NCBI RefSeq assembly: GCF_000737315.1
Contig: NZ_JMCB01000005.1
Location: 248,001 to 312,000, forward strand
Length of the DNA: 64,000 nt
Origin: Hyalangium minutum
GTDB taxonomy: Bacteria > Myxococcota > Myxococcia > Myxococcales > Myxococcaceae
Reading direction: 5' to 3'
Below the pieces are notes generated by a model. It was given only the letters and a program-made list of their open reading frames with translations. It made no database searches and was not told the origin of the DNA. Positions 54,997 through 64,000 of this stretch are shown piece after piece (position 1 is the first letter of the stretch; every line of letters begins with the position of its first letter). Both the position numbers and the translations under genes were made by a program.

Positions 54997-56054
54997 ACCT
55001 CAAGCAACTGTCGCTCCCAGAGCTGGAGCAGGCTCTGGCGCCGCTGGCGCCCACCCCCACGGCGGTCCGCAAGGTGTTTGCCGCGGTGTTCGCGCACGGG
55101 GCCACCACGGTGGAGGACGTGTGCCGGGCGCCACAGGTGCCCAAGCGCGTGGCCGAGCACCTTCGAGCGCACGCGGAGCTGCCGCGCTTGGAGGTGGTGG
55201 AGCGGCGCAAGGCGGAGGACGGCTTCGTGAAGTACCTCTTCGCCTCGCCCCTGGGAGGGCGGGTGGAGGCGGTGCGCATCCCCATCTTCGACGAGAAGTA
55301 CATCGTCTGCGTGTCGAGCCAGGTGGGCTGCGCGCTGGCGTGCGACTTCTGCATGACGGGGAAGCTGGGGTTCCAGCGCAACCTGAAGACCTGGGAGATT
55401 TTGGATCAGGTGCTGCAGGTGCGGGCGGAGGCAGACCGGCCGGTGCGCGGCGTGGTGTTCATGGGGATGGGCGAGCCGCTGCTGAACTACGCGGAGACGA
55501 TTCGCGCGGCGCAGGTGCTGTCGAACCCGGCGGGCCTGGCGATCTCGGGCACGGCGATCACCTTCTCCACGGCGGGGATGGTGCCGCAGATCCGGCGGTA
55601 TACGAAGGAGGGGCACCCGTACCGGCTGACGTTCTCGGTGACGAGCGCGATTCCGGAGAAGCGGCTCAAGGTGCTGCCCATCGAGAAGGCGCACCCGCTG
55701 CCGGAGCTGGTGGATGCCATTCGCGAGTACACGCAGGTGCGGCGCGAGCGCGCGATGATCGCGTACGTGGCCATCTCCGGGTTCAACCTGGGGCTGGAGG
55801 ACGCACTGGCGCTGAAGGACGCGTTCGAGGGGATCCCCATCAAGGTGGATCTGATCGACGTGACGGATCCGACGGGGAAGTACCAACCGCCCACGGCGGA
55901 GGAGCTAAAGGCGTTCCGGGATCACCTGCAGGTGCTGAAGTCTCCCATCGCCCGGCGGTACTCGGGAGGGAAGGACATCGGCGCGGCGTGCGGGACGCTG
56001 GAGGCCAGCCAGTACGGTGGCACGCTGCTGACGCCCCGGGTGACGGGCGCGTAG
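54993..56054 (+). CDS. RlmN/Cfr-like radical SAM protein, divergent paralogue
   Basis: CVSSQVGCALACDFC (CxxxCxxC), VFMGMGEP, DIGAACG; GTGA overlap with the anti-sigma gene. Confidence 0.88.
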   Translation: MNLKQLSLPELEQALAPLAPTPTAVRKVFAAVFAHGATTVEDVCRAPQVPKRVAEHLRAHAELPRLEVVERRKAEDGFVKYLFASPLGGRVEAVRIPIFDEKYIVCVSSQVGCALACDFCMTGKLGFQRNLKTWEILDQVLQVRAEADRPVRGVVFMGMGEPLLNYAETIRAAQVLSNPAGLAISGTAITFSTAGMVPQIRRYTKEGHPYRLTFSVTSAIPEKRLKVLPIEKAHPLPELVDAIREYTQVRRERAMIAYVAISGFNLGLEDALALKDAFEGIPIKVDLIDVTDPTGKYQPPTAEELKAFRDHLQVLKSPIARRYSGGKDIGAACGTLEASQYGGTLLTPRVTGA

Positions 56055-56104
56055 CAGGCGCTCGTTGCATCTTCAGGGGACGTAGGAAATGGTCCGTGGT
56101 GACC

Positions 56105-56614
56105 ATGATTTCTCGTTTCGAGCGCATCCTCGTTTTGGGAGGCTTGAGCTTGGTGGGGTGTGCTCACGCACCAGCTCGACAGTTCGCCGCTCTGGGAAAT
56201 GGAAGTCCACCGCTGGCACAGTCCAAGACGCTCCGCGCTTCTCATGCGGGGGTTCAGGCCGGAGATGACGATCAGCCCTCTTGGACGTCGACGCCGTTGC
56301 CTCCTCCTCGGTCCAAAGAGGAAGAACCCAGTTTTTGTCGGCTGAATCCCGGTGGCTGTCCGCCTCTTCCGTCAGCCGAAGAGCCAGACCCTGGCGAGCT
56401 TGAAGGCCAGGCTCACGACCCGTGGAAGTCGTTCGCATGCATTCAAGCATGTGAGGCAGGTGCCGCAGCCATGGAGCGCTTCTGTCAGGCGCTTCCAGAT
56501 AGGACCAAGCGGCAGAAAGAGATCAGAGCTGCGTGCTGGGGAGTGAGCAGAGGCAGCAAGGCCGCGTGCGTCGTGTTCTGCCGGGCCTACTTCGGCCCTC
56601 CGAGGACCCCTTGA
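56105..56614 (+). CDS. Lipoprotein with Pro-rich linker and 6-Cys C-terminal domain (toxin-like)
   Basis: MISRFERILVLGGLSLVGC lipobox; CIQAC...FC...ACW...ACVVFC. Confidence 0.65.
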   Translation: MISRFERILVLGGLSLVGCAHAPARQFAALGNGSPPLAQSKTLRASHAGVQAGDDDQPSWTSTPLPPPRSKEEEPSFCRLNPGGCPPLPSAEEPDPGELEGQAHDPWKSFACIQACEAGAAAMERFCQALPDRTKRQKEIRAACWGVSRGSKAACVVFCRAYFGPPRTP

Positions 56615-56625
56615 GGTGAAGGCTC

Positions 56626-57000
56626 ATGATGAATGACGACTGGCGCCCGAAGTTGACCCAAGTGGAAGACCCCATCGCCGACGATTACTGGGAGTACGTC
56701 ACTCCGCAGGGCCAGCGCCATACGGCGAGATTGACGGTGGGGCGGCCTGTCCAACACCCGCCCGCGAGAGCTTGGTATTGCCCTCTCTGGATTGAGGGAC
56801 ACACGCCGGGCATCGATGCGGTGTTTGGGCAGGGGCCCGTGGATGCGTTGATGAACGCGATGGGCGTGGTCCGGGCGTTCTTCGACCAGAACTCTCAGAT
56901 TGTGCCAGGGGGCAAGCCTAGAGGGGCCACTCGGAAGAGGGGCTCCACGGTCAAGCGGCCACAGCACCGAGCGGCCAAGAGAAAATCCAAAGCCACCTAG
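56626..57000 (+). CDS. DUF6968-like small protein (putative immunity)
   Basis: TVGRP...WYCPLWIEG....AVFGQGPVDALMNA motif; starts 11 bp after the lipoprotein stop with an RBS overlapping that stop. Confidence 0.6.
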   Translation: MMNDDWRPKLTQVEDPIADDYWEYVTPQGQRHTARLTVGRPVQHPPARAWYCPLWIEGHTPGIDAVFGQGPVDALMNAMGVVRAFFDQNSQIVPGGKPRGATRKRGSTVKRPQHRAAKRKSKAT

Positions 57001-57093
57001 CGTCTCCAAGGGTGGAGTGGCCCTCGACCGGCAGCCTGCGCATACGCCTGGGCCAGGAGGGCTGCGCTGGGAGAAGTCTCGCGAACTGAAGGC

Positions 57094-57591
57094 TCAGGTG
57101 GCGCGGCGGAAGCCGTACACCCACGCGCCCGCGGCCGCGAGTGCCGGCAGCACCACGGTGGCGGTGAGCGTCAGGAAGATGGCGTCATTGGCCGGCTGGC
57201 CGATGAGGTCCACGCCCGACACGCGCAGCCACGCCTTCACGCCCGTCACCGCCCAGTTGGAGAAGTTGGCGACGATGACGAGCCAAGCCAGGCGCTGCTG
57301 GCCCACGGGACCGTAGCGCAGCATGGGCAGCGTCCACGCCACGCCGAGCAGGAAGAAAGTCCCCATCAGCGCGTTCAAGTGGGCGGCCAGCGCCATGTGT
57401 GGATCCGCAGGCAGCTTGCCCGTCATGGCCGAGGAGACATAGCCACCGGTGAGCAGTCCGAGCAGCATCAGCCAGGCGGCGGCGTGCGCCATCAAGCGTG
57501 CGGCGGGCAGGGGCGCGGAGGTGGCAGTGGGCGCCGGAGTGAGGGAAGCTTCACCGCTCGAGGGTGGGGCGAGGTGGGGGGCAGGGGGCAT
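57094..57591 (-). CDS. Styrene-oxide isomerase (StyC)/hydroxylaminobenzene mutase (Hab)-like 4-TM protein
   Basis: LMLLGLLTG...MALAAHLNALMGTFFLLGVAW...ANFSNWAVT resembles the LFLLGLLTG...AHLEG...Y.NW pattern of that family. Confidence 0.6.
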   Translation of the reverse strand: MPPAPHLAPPSSGEASLTPAPTATSAPLPAARLMAHAAAWLMLLGLLTGGYVSSAMTGKLPADPHMALAAHLNALMGTFFLLGVAWTLPMLRYGPVGQQRLAWLVIVANFSNWAVTGVKAWLRVSGVDLIGQPANDAIFLTLTATVVLPALAAAGAWVYGFRRAT

Positions 57592-57702
57592 GGTAGGTGT
57601 CCGCCATCTTACGGCGACACCGGGATGGATGACGAACCGGGTTGCCGGGGCTGGCTGCCCGGCCCACCTCGGAACGGTGCTTATAAGGAGGTGGGTGCGC
57701 AG

Positions 57703-58314
57703 ATGGTGGAGTCCATTGATCACTTCATCATGGCGCTGGGCATGGCGGGGCTGCTCGTGCTCGGGCTGGCGGCGATGCTGGAGTACATCGTTCCGCCCTT
57801 CCCGGGGGACACCATCACCCTTCTGGGCGGGGTGTACGCGGTGCGCGGCGACCACCCGTGGCCGCTCGTCTTCCTCATCATCACCGCGGGCAGCGTGGCG
57901 GGTGCGGCCATCAACTATTGGTTCGGCACCTGGCTGGCGCGCCGCTTCGAGGCGAACCCCCACAAGAGCTTCTTCGGCCTCACCCACGCCCGGCTGGAGG
58001 AAGTCCAAGCCCGGATGCGCCAGAGGGGGCCGTGGCTGCTGCTGGTCAACCGTTTCCTGCCGGGCATCCGGGGCGTCATCTTCATCGCGGCGGGGGCCGC
58101 GCGCATTCCCCGCCGCAACGCGCTGCTGCTCGGGGCGATGTCCGCCATGGCGCACAACGGGCTGGTGTTGACCATTGGCCGGGCGGTGGGCGGCAACCTC
58201 GAGCGGCTGGAGTCCCTGGTGGCGAAGTACCAGATGGCCGTGGTGATTCTGGTGCTCATTGGCGTGATCGCGGTGCTGGTTCGCGCCTTGGCGCGGCGCA
58301 CGCCGGCCACCTGA
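57703..58314 (+). CDS. DedA family membrane protein
   Basis: LEYIVPPFPGDTITLLGG, AGSVAGAAINYWFG, LLVNRFLPGIRG...AGA; RBS AAGGAGGT. Confidence 0.93.
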   Translation: MVESIDHFIMALGMAGLLVLGLAAMLEYIVPPFPGDTITLLGGVYAVRGDHPWPLVFLIITAGSVAGAAINYWFGTWLARRFEANPHKSFFGLTHARLEEVQARMRQRGPWLLLVNRFLPGIRGVIFIAAGAARIPRRNALLLGAMSAMAHNGLVLTIGRAVGGNLERLESLVAKYQMAVVILVLIGVIAVLVRALARRTPAT

Positions 58315-58379
58315 GAGCAGTGAGCACTGGGGCCGGCTTCCTCTTCAGGCGCTGCCTCGAAGCTGGTTAAGTCCGGCCC

Positions 58380-60521
58380 ATGCTCCGCACTCGGCCCTGG
58401 CTCTTGTTCCTCGTGGCGCTCGTGATCGCGGGCGCCTGCCGGTGTGACGAGCCAGGCGTGGGCGGCGCGCGCGGGGACTTCCGGCCGAGAGAGACCGAGG
58501 TGGTCTTTGGCCGCGTGTTGGAGGGCGAGCAGGCCCGCCGCACAGTGACGCTGCTGGGCACGGGGCGCGCGGGCATCACGGTGGCGGCGACGACGGACAG
58601 TCCCTTCTCGGTGACGGAAGGCTCGGTGTTCGTCCCGGGCGGAGGGACGGCGACGGTGGAGGTGGTGTTCACCGCGGGCAGCGAGCCGGTGGAGGGGACG
58701 CTGGTGCTCACCGCGGGAAGCCGCACGGAGAACGTGGTGCTTCGAGGCGAGGGAGTGCGGCCGCTGGCGTGCATTCCCACGGTGCAGTGCCACGAGTCCC
58801 ATTTCGAGCTGGAGCCGGGCGTGTGTGTGGACACCCCCGCGCCGGATGGGACGGCCTGCATTCCCTCCAGCCGGTGCGAGGAGAAGGGCCGCTGCCAGGC
58901 GGGCACCTGCGTGGGCTCTCCGCGCCTGTGTGACGATGATGACCCGTGCACGGTGGATGCGTGCTCGCCCACGGACGGCTGTGTGACGGCGGATGTCGTG
59001 TGTCCTCAGCCCGCGAACCCGTGCAAGGTGGGTGTGTGCCGGAGGACGAGTGGCTGCGGCGAGGAGAACGCCGCGGACTTCTCCTTCTGTGGCAGCGTGG
59101 ACTGCCGGACGGCAAACCTGTGCCTCGCTGGGACGTGCCGCGCCCTGCCCACGCCCGAGGGCACCATGTGCTCACCCGCGACTCCGTGCCAGGGAGAGGG
59201 CAAGTGCACCTCGGGGGAGTGCGTGCGGCCGGATGCGGGAGAGCTTCGCCCGGCGTTCTCGCAGCGGCTCGGCGGGGTGCCCGTAGCGGAGCCTGGGGGC
59301 CCGGTGCTGCTCGTCCACGAGGGAGGGCTCTACACCTCCGTGTGTGACGAGGACGCGGGCTGCCGGCTCGTGGCCTTCACGGAGAACGGGCTGGTGCGCT
59401 TCCAGGCGCCCTACTCGGATGGAGGGCCGCGCACGCTGCTGACCGTGTCCGACGGCGGCGTGTTGGTGCGCGATCCCGAGGCCCTCGAGAGCTATGCGCT
59501 GACGAGTCCGGGCGAGCAGCTGTGGCAGACCTCGCTGTCGGGGGGCGTTCCTTCCCACTGGGGCGTGGAGCCGACGACGGGTGTGGGAAGGGTGGCGCTC
59601 ACGGCGGACGGGGAGGTGGTGGCGCTCGTGTCGTGGCGGGCCGCGGGCGATGGCGGGGTGGAGCGGGATGGAGGCGTGGATGCTGGCCCCGCCGAGCCGT
59701 TCGCGACGCTCATGGTGCTGGGCAAGGACGGAGGCCTTCGCCGGGCTGGGCCGGTGGACGGATTCACCGGCGCGGGCGCACGCGTGGCGATCGACGAGCA
59801 GGGCACCGTTCTATTGAGTGCGGAGGGAACGGGGAGCGTGTCACGCGTGGATCCGGAGCCGGAGGACGCGGGCACGGGCTTCATCACCACGCCGGTGGTG
59901 GGCGCGCAGGACGACGGGGGAACGTCGCTGGCGGTGGCGGGTGGGCGCCTCTTCACAGGGGCACGGCACTTCTTCAACCGGGAGGACGCGGGCGTGGCAT
60001 GGGTGGACTGGGATGGGGGCACGGAGCCGCTCACACCCTTGGACGAGCCGGCGCTGCTGCTGGATGGCGTGGGCTATGCCTTCGCGCGGTCCTGCCCGGA
60101 CGCAGGCAGCGCTCCCTGCCCGCGCGAGCTCGAGAGGCTGGTGCTGCGCGCCATGAATGCGCAGACGGGACAGACCGCCTGGCAGGTGCCGGTGCTCCCG
60201 CTGGACGCTCCGGGCACGCTCTACGAGGCCTCGCTGGTGCGCGGTGGCGCGGTGGGCACGCTCACGGACGTGGAGCTCGATGGCGGCCCGCTGGCCCATG
60301 TGCAGCTCTTCGCCGCGGGGGAGCGGGTGGCCATCTGCCCGCTCAGGGACAGGCCCCACATCGCCGGAGCGGCGCACGTGGGACGCTTCCTCTATGTCGT
60401 GTTGGAGCGGGAAGGCACGTGGCGGCTGGAGGCATTCGACTTGGGCCCGTTCAACACCGCCGAGACACGGGGCTGGCCCGAGCGCCATGGCGTCTCGGGG
60501 ACCCGCCGCGCCGTGCCCTGA
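58380..60521 (+). CDS. Cys-rich surface lipoprotein: Ig-like (ASH) domain, Cys repeats, beta-propeller-like C-terminus
   Basis: LVIAGAC lipobox; VVFGRV...RTVTL...FSV...VEVVF..LRGEG; CDDDDPCTVDAC.P..GC and DGT.C repeats. Confidence 0.75.
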   Translation: MLRTRPWLLFLVALVIAGACRCDEPGVGGARGDFRPRETEVVFGRVLEGEQARRTVTLLGTGRAGITVAATTDSPFSVTEGSVFVPGGGTATVEVVFTAGSEPVEGTLVLTAGSRTENVVLRGEGVRPLACIPTVQCHESHFELEPGVCVDTPAPDGTACIPSSRCEEKGRCQAGTCVGSPRLCDDDDPCTVDACSPTDGCVTADVVCPQPANPCKVGVCRRTSGCGEENAADFSFCGSVDCRTANLCLAGTCRALPTPEGTMCSPATPCQGEGKCTSGECVRPDAGELRPAFSQRLGGVPVAEPGGPVLLVHEGGLYTSVCDEDAGCRLVAFTENGLVRFQAPYSDGGPRTLLTVSDGGVLVRDPEALESYALTSPGEQLWQTSLSGGVPSHWGVEPTTGVGRVALTADGEVVALVSWRAAGDGGVERDGGVDAGPAEPFATLMVLGKDGGLRRAGPVDGFTGAGARVAIDEQGTVLLSAEGTGSVSRVDPEPEDAGTGFITTPVVGAQDDGGTSLAVAGGRLFTGARHFFNREDAGVAWVDWDGGTEPLTPLDEPALLLDGVGYAFARSCPDAGSAPCPRELERLVLRAMNAQTGQTAWQVPVLPLDAPGTLYEASLVRGGAVGTLTDVELDGGPLAHVQLFAAGERVAICPLRDRPHIAGAAHVGRFLYVVLEREGTWRLEAFDLGPFNTAETRGWPERHGVSGTRRAVP

Positions 60522-60536
60522 GCCCGCGAGCGCCGC

Positions 60537-61439
60537 CTACTTCTTCGGCTGGGCGCGGACGATCTCCTCGATGCTTGACTCGAAGACGTTCCGAGGCACG
60601 AAGCCCAGCACGCGCTGTGCCTTCTCGTTCGAGAAGCGTCCCCGGAACGATAGGAACTCGGGCACCTGGTCCGCGTCATGCGAGGGGAGGGTGCCCCGGG
60701 CGAAGGGCCGGGTGTACCGGTACCAGGGCACATGGCCGTCGATGATGTTGAAGGTCTGCCCACTCGCCTGATCGGCGCGGAGAGCGAGGACGACCGCCTC
60801 CGTGAGGCTGCTGATGTGGAGGTAGCCCATCGTCGTGTTGCCGTCATCCACATGGGGGAACTTGCCCTCCGCGATGAACGGCGGGAACACCGCGCCCCAG
60901 GTGGAGGTGGGGTGCACACCGAGGATGGCGCCAGGGCGCAGGATGACGGTGGAGAGCCCCTTGGCCGCCACGGCGTTCAAGGCCTGCTCCGCCTCGGCCT
61001 TGCTCAAGCCGTAGGCGTCTCCCGAGGTGAGCAGCGGAACGGCTTCCTCCACCACGCCGCTCCGATTTCGCAGGGGATAGACGGCCACGGTGGAGATGTG
61101 CACGAAGCGCTGGCAGCCTGCGGCGAGCGCGGCCTCGGCCAGGGAGGCGGTGGCCTGGGTGTTCACGCGGCGGGCCTCGGGCAGCTCGGGCGCGGCGCTG
61201 GCGGCGGTGTGCACCACGCAGGAGACTCCGCGCACGGCGGCCTCCTGGACGCGCGCATCCGTGATGTCTCCCAGGAGGACCTCGACTCCGGCCCGCTCCA
61301 GCTCCGCCTGGGCTTCGGGTTTCCGGACCACCGCCCGGACGCGCATGCCCTCGGTGAGCAGGCGCTGGACCACGTACGACCCCACGAACCCATTGGCCCC
61401 CGTGACGAGGACCCCTTTGTCTCGCAGCTCCATGTCCAC
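60537..61439 (-). CDS. NAD-dependent epimerase/dehydratase (extended SDR)
   Basis: VLVTGANGFVG, FVHISTVAVY, YGLSK, ILRPG. Confidence 0.93.
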   Translation of the reverse strand: MDMELRDKGVLVTGANGFVGSYVVQRLLTEGMRVRAVVRKPEAQAELERAGVEVLLGDITDARVQEAAVRGVSCVVHTAASAAPELPEARRVNTQATASLAEAALAAGCQRFVHISTVAVYPLRNRSGVVEEAVPLLTSGDAYGLSKAEAEQALNAVAAKGLSTVILRPGAILGVHPTSTWGAVFPPFIAEGKFPHVDDGNTTMGYLHISSLTEAVVLALRADQASGQTFNIIDGHVPWYRYTRPFARGTLPSHDADQVPEFLSFRGRFSNEKAQRVLGFVPRNVFESSIEEIVRAQPKK

Positions 61440-61466
61440 TCTTCCTTCGTAGGCACTTCGGGGAAG

Positions 61467-64000
61467 TCAGGGCGTGCCGTCGGTGTCCACCCAGAGGTCC
61501 TCGAAGCGGACCTGGGGAGGCGTCATGTGCAGCCGCAGGGCCTGCACGAAGGGGCTCGCCATGGCGTAGATGCGGTCGTGGTACAGGGGAATGAGCGGGC
61601 AGTCCTGCACGAAGAGGTGCTCCGCGCGGCGGTAGAGCTGGTAGCGCAGGTCCGGATCGATGGACACCCGCGCCTCGGCGGTCAGCCTGTCCAGCTCCGG
61701 GTTCTTGTAGCCCAGCGGATAGATGGTCTGCGCGCTCGAGTTGAGCAGGAAGTAGAGGAAGTTGTCCGGGTCCGGGTAGTCCGCGATCCACAGCGTGCGG
61801 AAGGCGGGGATGCGGCCGGAGCGCAGCCGCGAGGTGTAGTCCTGCGGCGGCAGCTCCACGTGGTGCAGCTCCAGCAGGCCCGCCTCGATGAGCGGCCGGA
61901 ACAGCACCTTGTCCTCGGCGGAGGTATCCCGCCCGGTGGGGAAGTAGATGGTGAGAGGAATCTTGCGCACGCCCGCGTCGCGCAGCAGCAGCTCGGCCTT
62001 GGTCACATCCGGGCGCGGCATGACGGGGGAGTTGGTGTCCTGCAGCAGCTCGGGCGGGGTGAGGGTGCTCGCCATGCGCGCCCCCGGGTGGAAGTGCTCC
62101 ACCAGGGTGGGGATGTCCAGGCCCGCGCGGATGGCCTGGCGCACCCGGACGTCGTCATAGAGGGGCTCTCGCAGGTTCAAGCCCACGAAGGCGGTGGAGG
62201 GCGTGGTGCTGGCGGTGACCTGGAACAGCTCCATGCCGGACGCTTGGGTCTGCTCGGCATGCAAGTACGAGACGAAGTCCAGCTCTCCTGCCCGGAGCTG
62301 GTCCAGCGCCTCCTGCCGGGAGTCCGTCAGCCGGAACTCGAGCCGGTCCAGCAGGGGATGGCCCTCGCGGAAGTAGGTGGTGTTGCGCTCGAGGACGATG
62401 CGCTCGGCCTCGAAGCGCTCCAGGCGGTAGGGGCCGGTGCCCTGCAGGTTGCCCATCGCGTCCACGCGGGCGATGGCCGTGGGGGTGAGCGCGAGCAGGT
62501 GGAGGAAGAAGGCCTTGGGCTCCTTGAGGCGGATCTCCAGCGTCGCGTCGTCGATGATCTGGATGCCGTGCACCTCGCGCGTGGTGCCGGCGATGTAGTC
62601 CGTCGCGCCCGCGATGTCCTCCAGCAGGGTGCGGTCCGGCGAGCGGACCTCCGGGTTCAGCAGGCGCTCGAAGTGGCGCTTCACGTCGTAGGCCGACAGC
62701 TTCACCCCGTCATGGAAGGTGACACCGCGGCGCAGGAAGAAGCGGAAGATGCGCGCGGAGGGGTCCGCCTCCCACCGCTCGGCGAGGTCCGGGGCCAGCA
62801 CGCCATCCTCCAGGCGCAGCAGGCCGATGAAGACGCAGGCGCAGAGCTCCGAGAGCTGGTTCTCCACGCAGAAGAGGGGATCCAGCGTCTGCCGCGAGCG
62901 CAGCCCCGCGGACTGGTGGATGCCCACGCGCAGCAGGCCTCCCGCGCGGGGCTGGGGCAGGCGGAAGCGGAACACCTCCGCCTCCAGGTTCGACGTCTCG
63001 TGGCTGAGCTGATCCACGGTGCGGCTGAGCTCGTCGCCGATGCGGATGACGCGGCGGGCGTCCTCTCGCACGCGGGTGACTTCCTCGCGGATGGATTTCT
63101 CTCCGCCGGTGAGGACGCCGTGAGCCTTGCGGATGTCGTCGATGGCCGCCGTCAGGCGGACCACGGACTCGGAGAGCTGGTGGTTGGTGCGGGACTGGCC
63201 CTCCACCTTGTCCGTGGCATCGCGCGCCAGCCGTGCCATCTCTCCGGTCTGCCGGACGAGCTCGCGTGCATGGCCCACCTGCTCGATGGCGGCGCGGGTG
63301 ACGTCGTCCACCTGCAGGGCCACCCGGCGGCTGGCTTCCACGACGGTGGTGCCCTGCTGCTCCAGGCGCTTGGTCTCCTCGACCGTGGACTCCACGGCGG
63401 TGAAGGTGCGCTGGGTGATGTTGCGGATCTCCGCCAGCGCGGCCGCGGCCCGGTCTCCCAGCTGCACGCCCACGGTGGTCTGCTGGCGGCCCTCGCGCAC
63501 CAGGACCACGGCGGTGCCCACCGCCTCGCGCACGCCGGTGACCATGGTGGCGATCTCACGGGTGGAGCGAGCGGTGCGCTCGGCCAGCCCGCGAATCTCA
63601 TTGGCCACCACGCCGAAGGGGCGCCCGTGCTCACCGGCCTGCGCGGCGATGATGGAGGCGTTGAGCGCCAGCAGGTTCGTCTGGTCGGCGATGTCCTGGA
63701 TGACGTCGACGATGCGGCCGATCTCCGAGGAGCGCACCCCGAGCGAGTCAACGAGCGCGGCGGTTTTGCGCACCGTCTCCTCGACTTGGTACATGCCCTT
63801 GACGCTGTCGTTGACGAGCTCCTCGCCGCGCTTGGCGGTGTCCGTCACGGCGACGGCGAGCTGGTTCGTCTCACTGGCGCGGCGGCGCACGGCGTCGATG
63901 CCGCTGCCCACCAGGGAGACGAAGCTCTCGGCCTCGTTGGCGAAGCGGGCCAGCTCGTCGCCCGCCATGGCGATGTGGGCCAGGCGCTCGCTCATGGCCT
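61467..64000 (-). CDS. Methyl-accepting chemotaxis protein fused to a family-5 solute-binding domain; 5' end beyond the right edge
   Basis: [40 protein letters not shown] (MCP tip) in frame with [44 protein letters not shown] (SBP_bac_5). Confidence 0.9.
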   Translation of the reverse strand, partial: AMSERLAHIAMAGDELARFANEAESFVSLVGSGIDAVRRRASETNQLAVAVTDTAKRGEELVNDSVKGMYQVEETVRKTAALVDSLGVRSSEIGRIVDVIQDIADQTNLLALNASIIAAQAGEHGRPFGVVANEIRGLAERTARSTREIATMVTGVREAVGTAVVLVREGRQQTTVGVQLGDRAAAALAEIRNITQRTFTAVESTVEETKRLEQQGTTVVEASRRVALQVDDVTRAAIEQVGHARELVRQTGEMARLARDATDKVEGQSRTNHQLSESVVRLTAAIDDIRKAHGVLTGGEKSIREEVTRVREDARRVIRIGDELSRTVDQLSHETSNLEAEVFRFRLPQPRAGGLLRVGIHQSAGLRSRQTLDPLFCVENQLSELCACVFIGLLRLEDGVLAPDLAERWEADPSARIFRFFLRRGVTFHDGVKLSAYDVKRHFERLLNPEVRSPDRTLLEDIAGATDYIAGTTREVHGIQIIDDATLEIRLKEPKAFFLHLLALTPTAIARVDAMGNLQGTGPYRLERFEAERIVLERNTTYFREGHPLLDRLEFRLTDSRQEALDQLRAGELDFVSYLHAEQTQASGMELFQVTASTTPSTAFVGLNLREPLYDDVRVRQAIRAGLDIPTLVEHFHPGARMASTLTPPELLQDTNSPVMPRPDVTKAELLLRDAGVRKIPLTIYFPTGRDTSAEDKVLFRPLIEAGLLELHHVELPPQDYTSRLRSGRIPAFRTLWIADYPDPDNFLYFLLNSSAQTIYPLGYKNPELDRLTAEARVSIDPDLRYQLYRRAEHLFVQDCPLIPLYHDRIYAMASPFVQALRLHMTPPQVRFEDLWVDTDGTP

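Noticed and set aside
1-64000. CRISPR array, tRNA/rRNA, integrase, transposase or prophage
   Set aside because: No regularly spaced repeats, tRNA T-arm/cloverleaf, DDE or tyrosine recombinase motifs, or phage structural genes were seen. The GH19 domain alone does not indicate a prophage.

Overview
High-GC chromosomal window of a myxobacterium (Cystobacterineae/Archangiaceae-like, inferred from its gene families). It holds about 47 protein genes and no recognisable tRNA, rRNA, CRISPR array or transposase. Left to right: an RND efflux adaptor divergent from a MarR regulator; a 5'-truncated REase-fold toxin with its presumed immunity gene; exbB-exbD-tonB; a SAM methyltransferase; and a MoxR/ABC/DUF58/vWA operon whose apparent last vWA gene sits about 11.4 kb downstream. 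That gap holds a Ser/Thr kinase bracketed by a 31-bp direct repeat, a HEAT-HEAT-M23-DUF4261 unit, a ZAS-kinase-TPR/ECF sigma pair, ku behind an ECF-type promoter, and an orphan double-glycine-leader peptide. Then come a class A beta-lactamase-like protein, a Spy/CpxP-like protein, a MASE1 histidine kinase, phospholipase D, and a lipoprotein plus TonB-dependent receptor divergent from a second TonB. These are followed by a LysM-C39-like-PG-binding-GH19 wall hydrolase, two expansins, tamAB, malQ, mpg, ECF/anti-sigma/RlmN-like radical SAM, a possible lipoprotein toxin-immunity pair, a StyC/Hab-like membrane protein, DedA, a Cys-rich surface protein, an epimerase and a chemoreceptor fused to a family-5 solute-binding domain. 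Family names come from motif recognition by eye, not from database searches.
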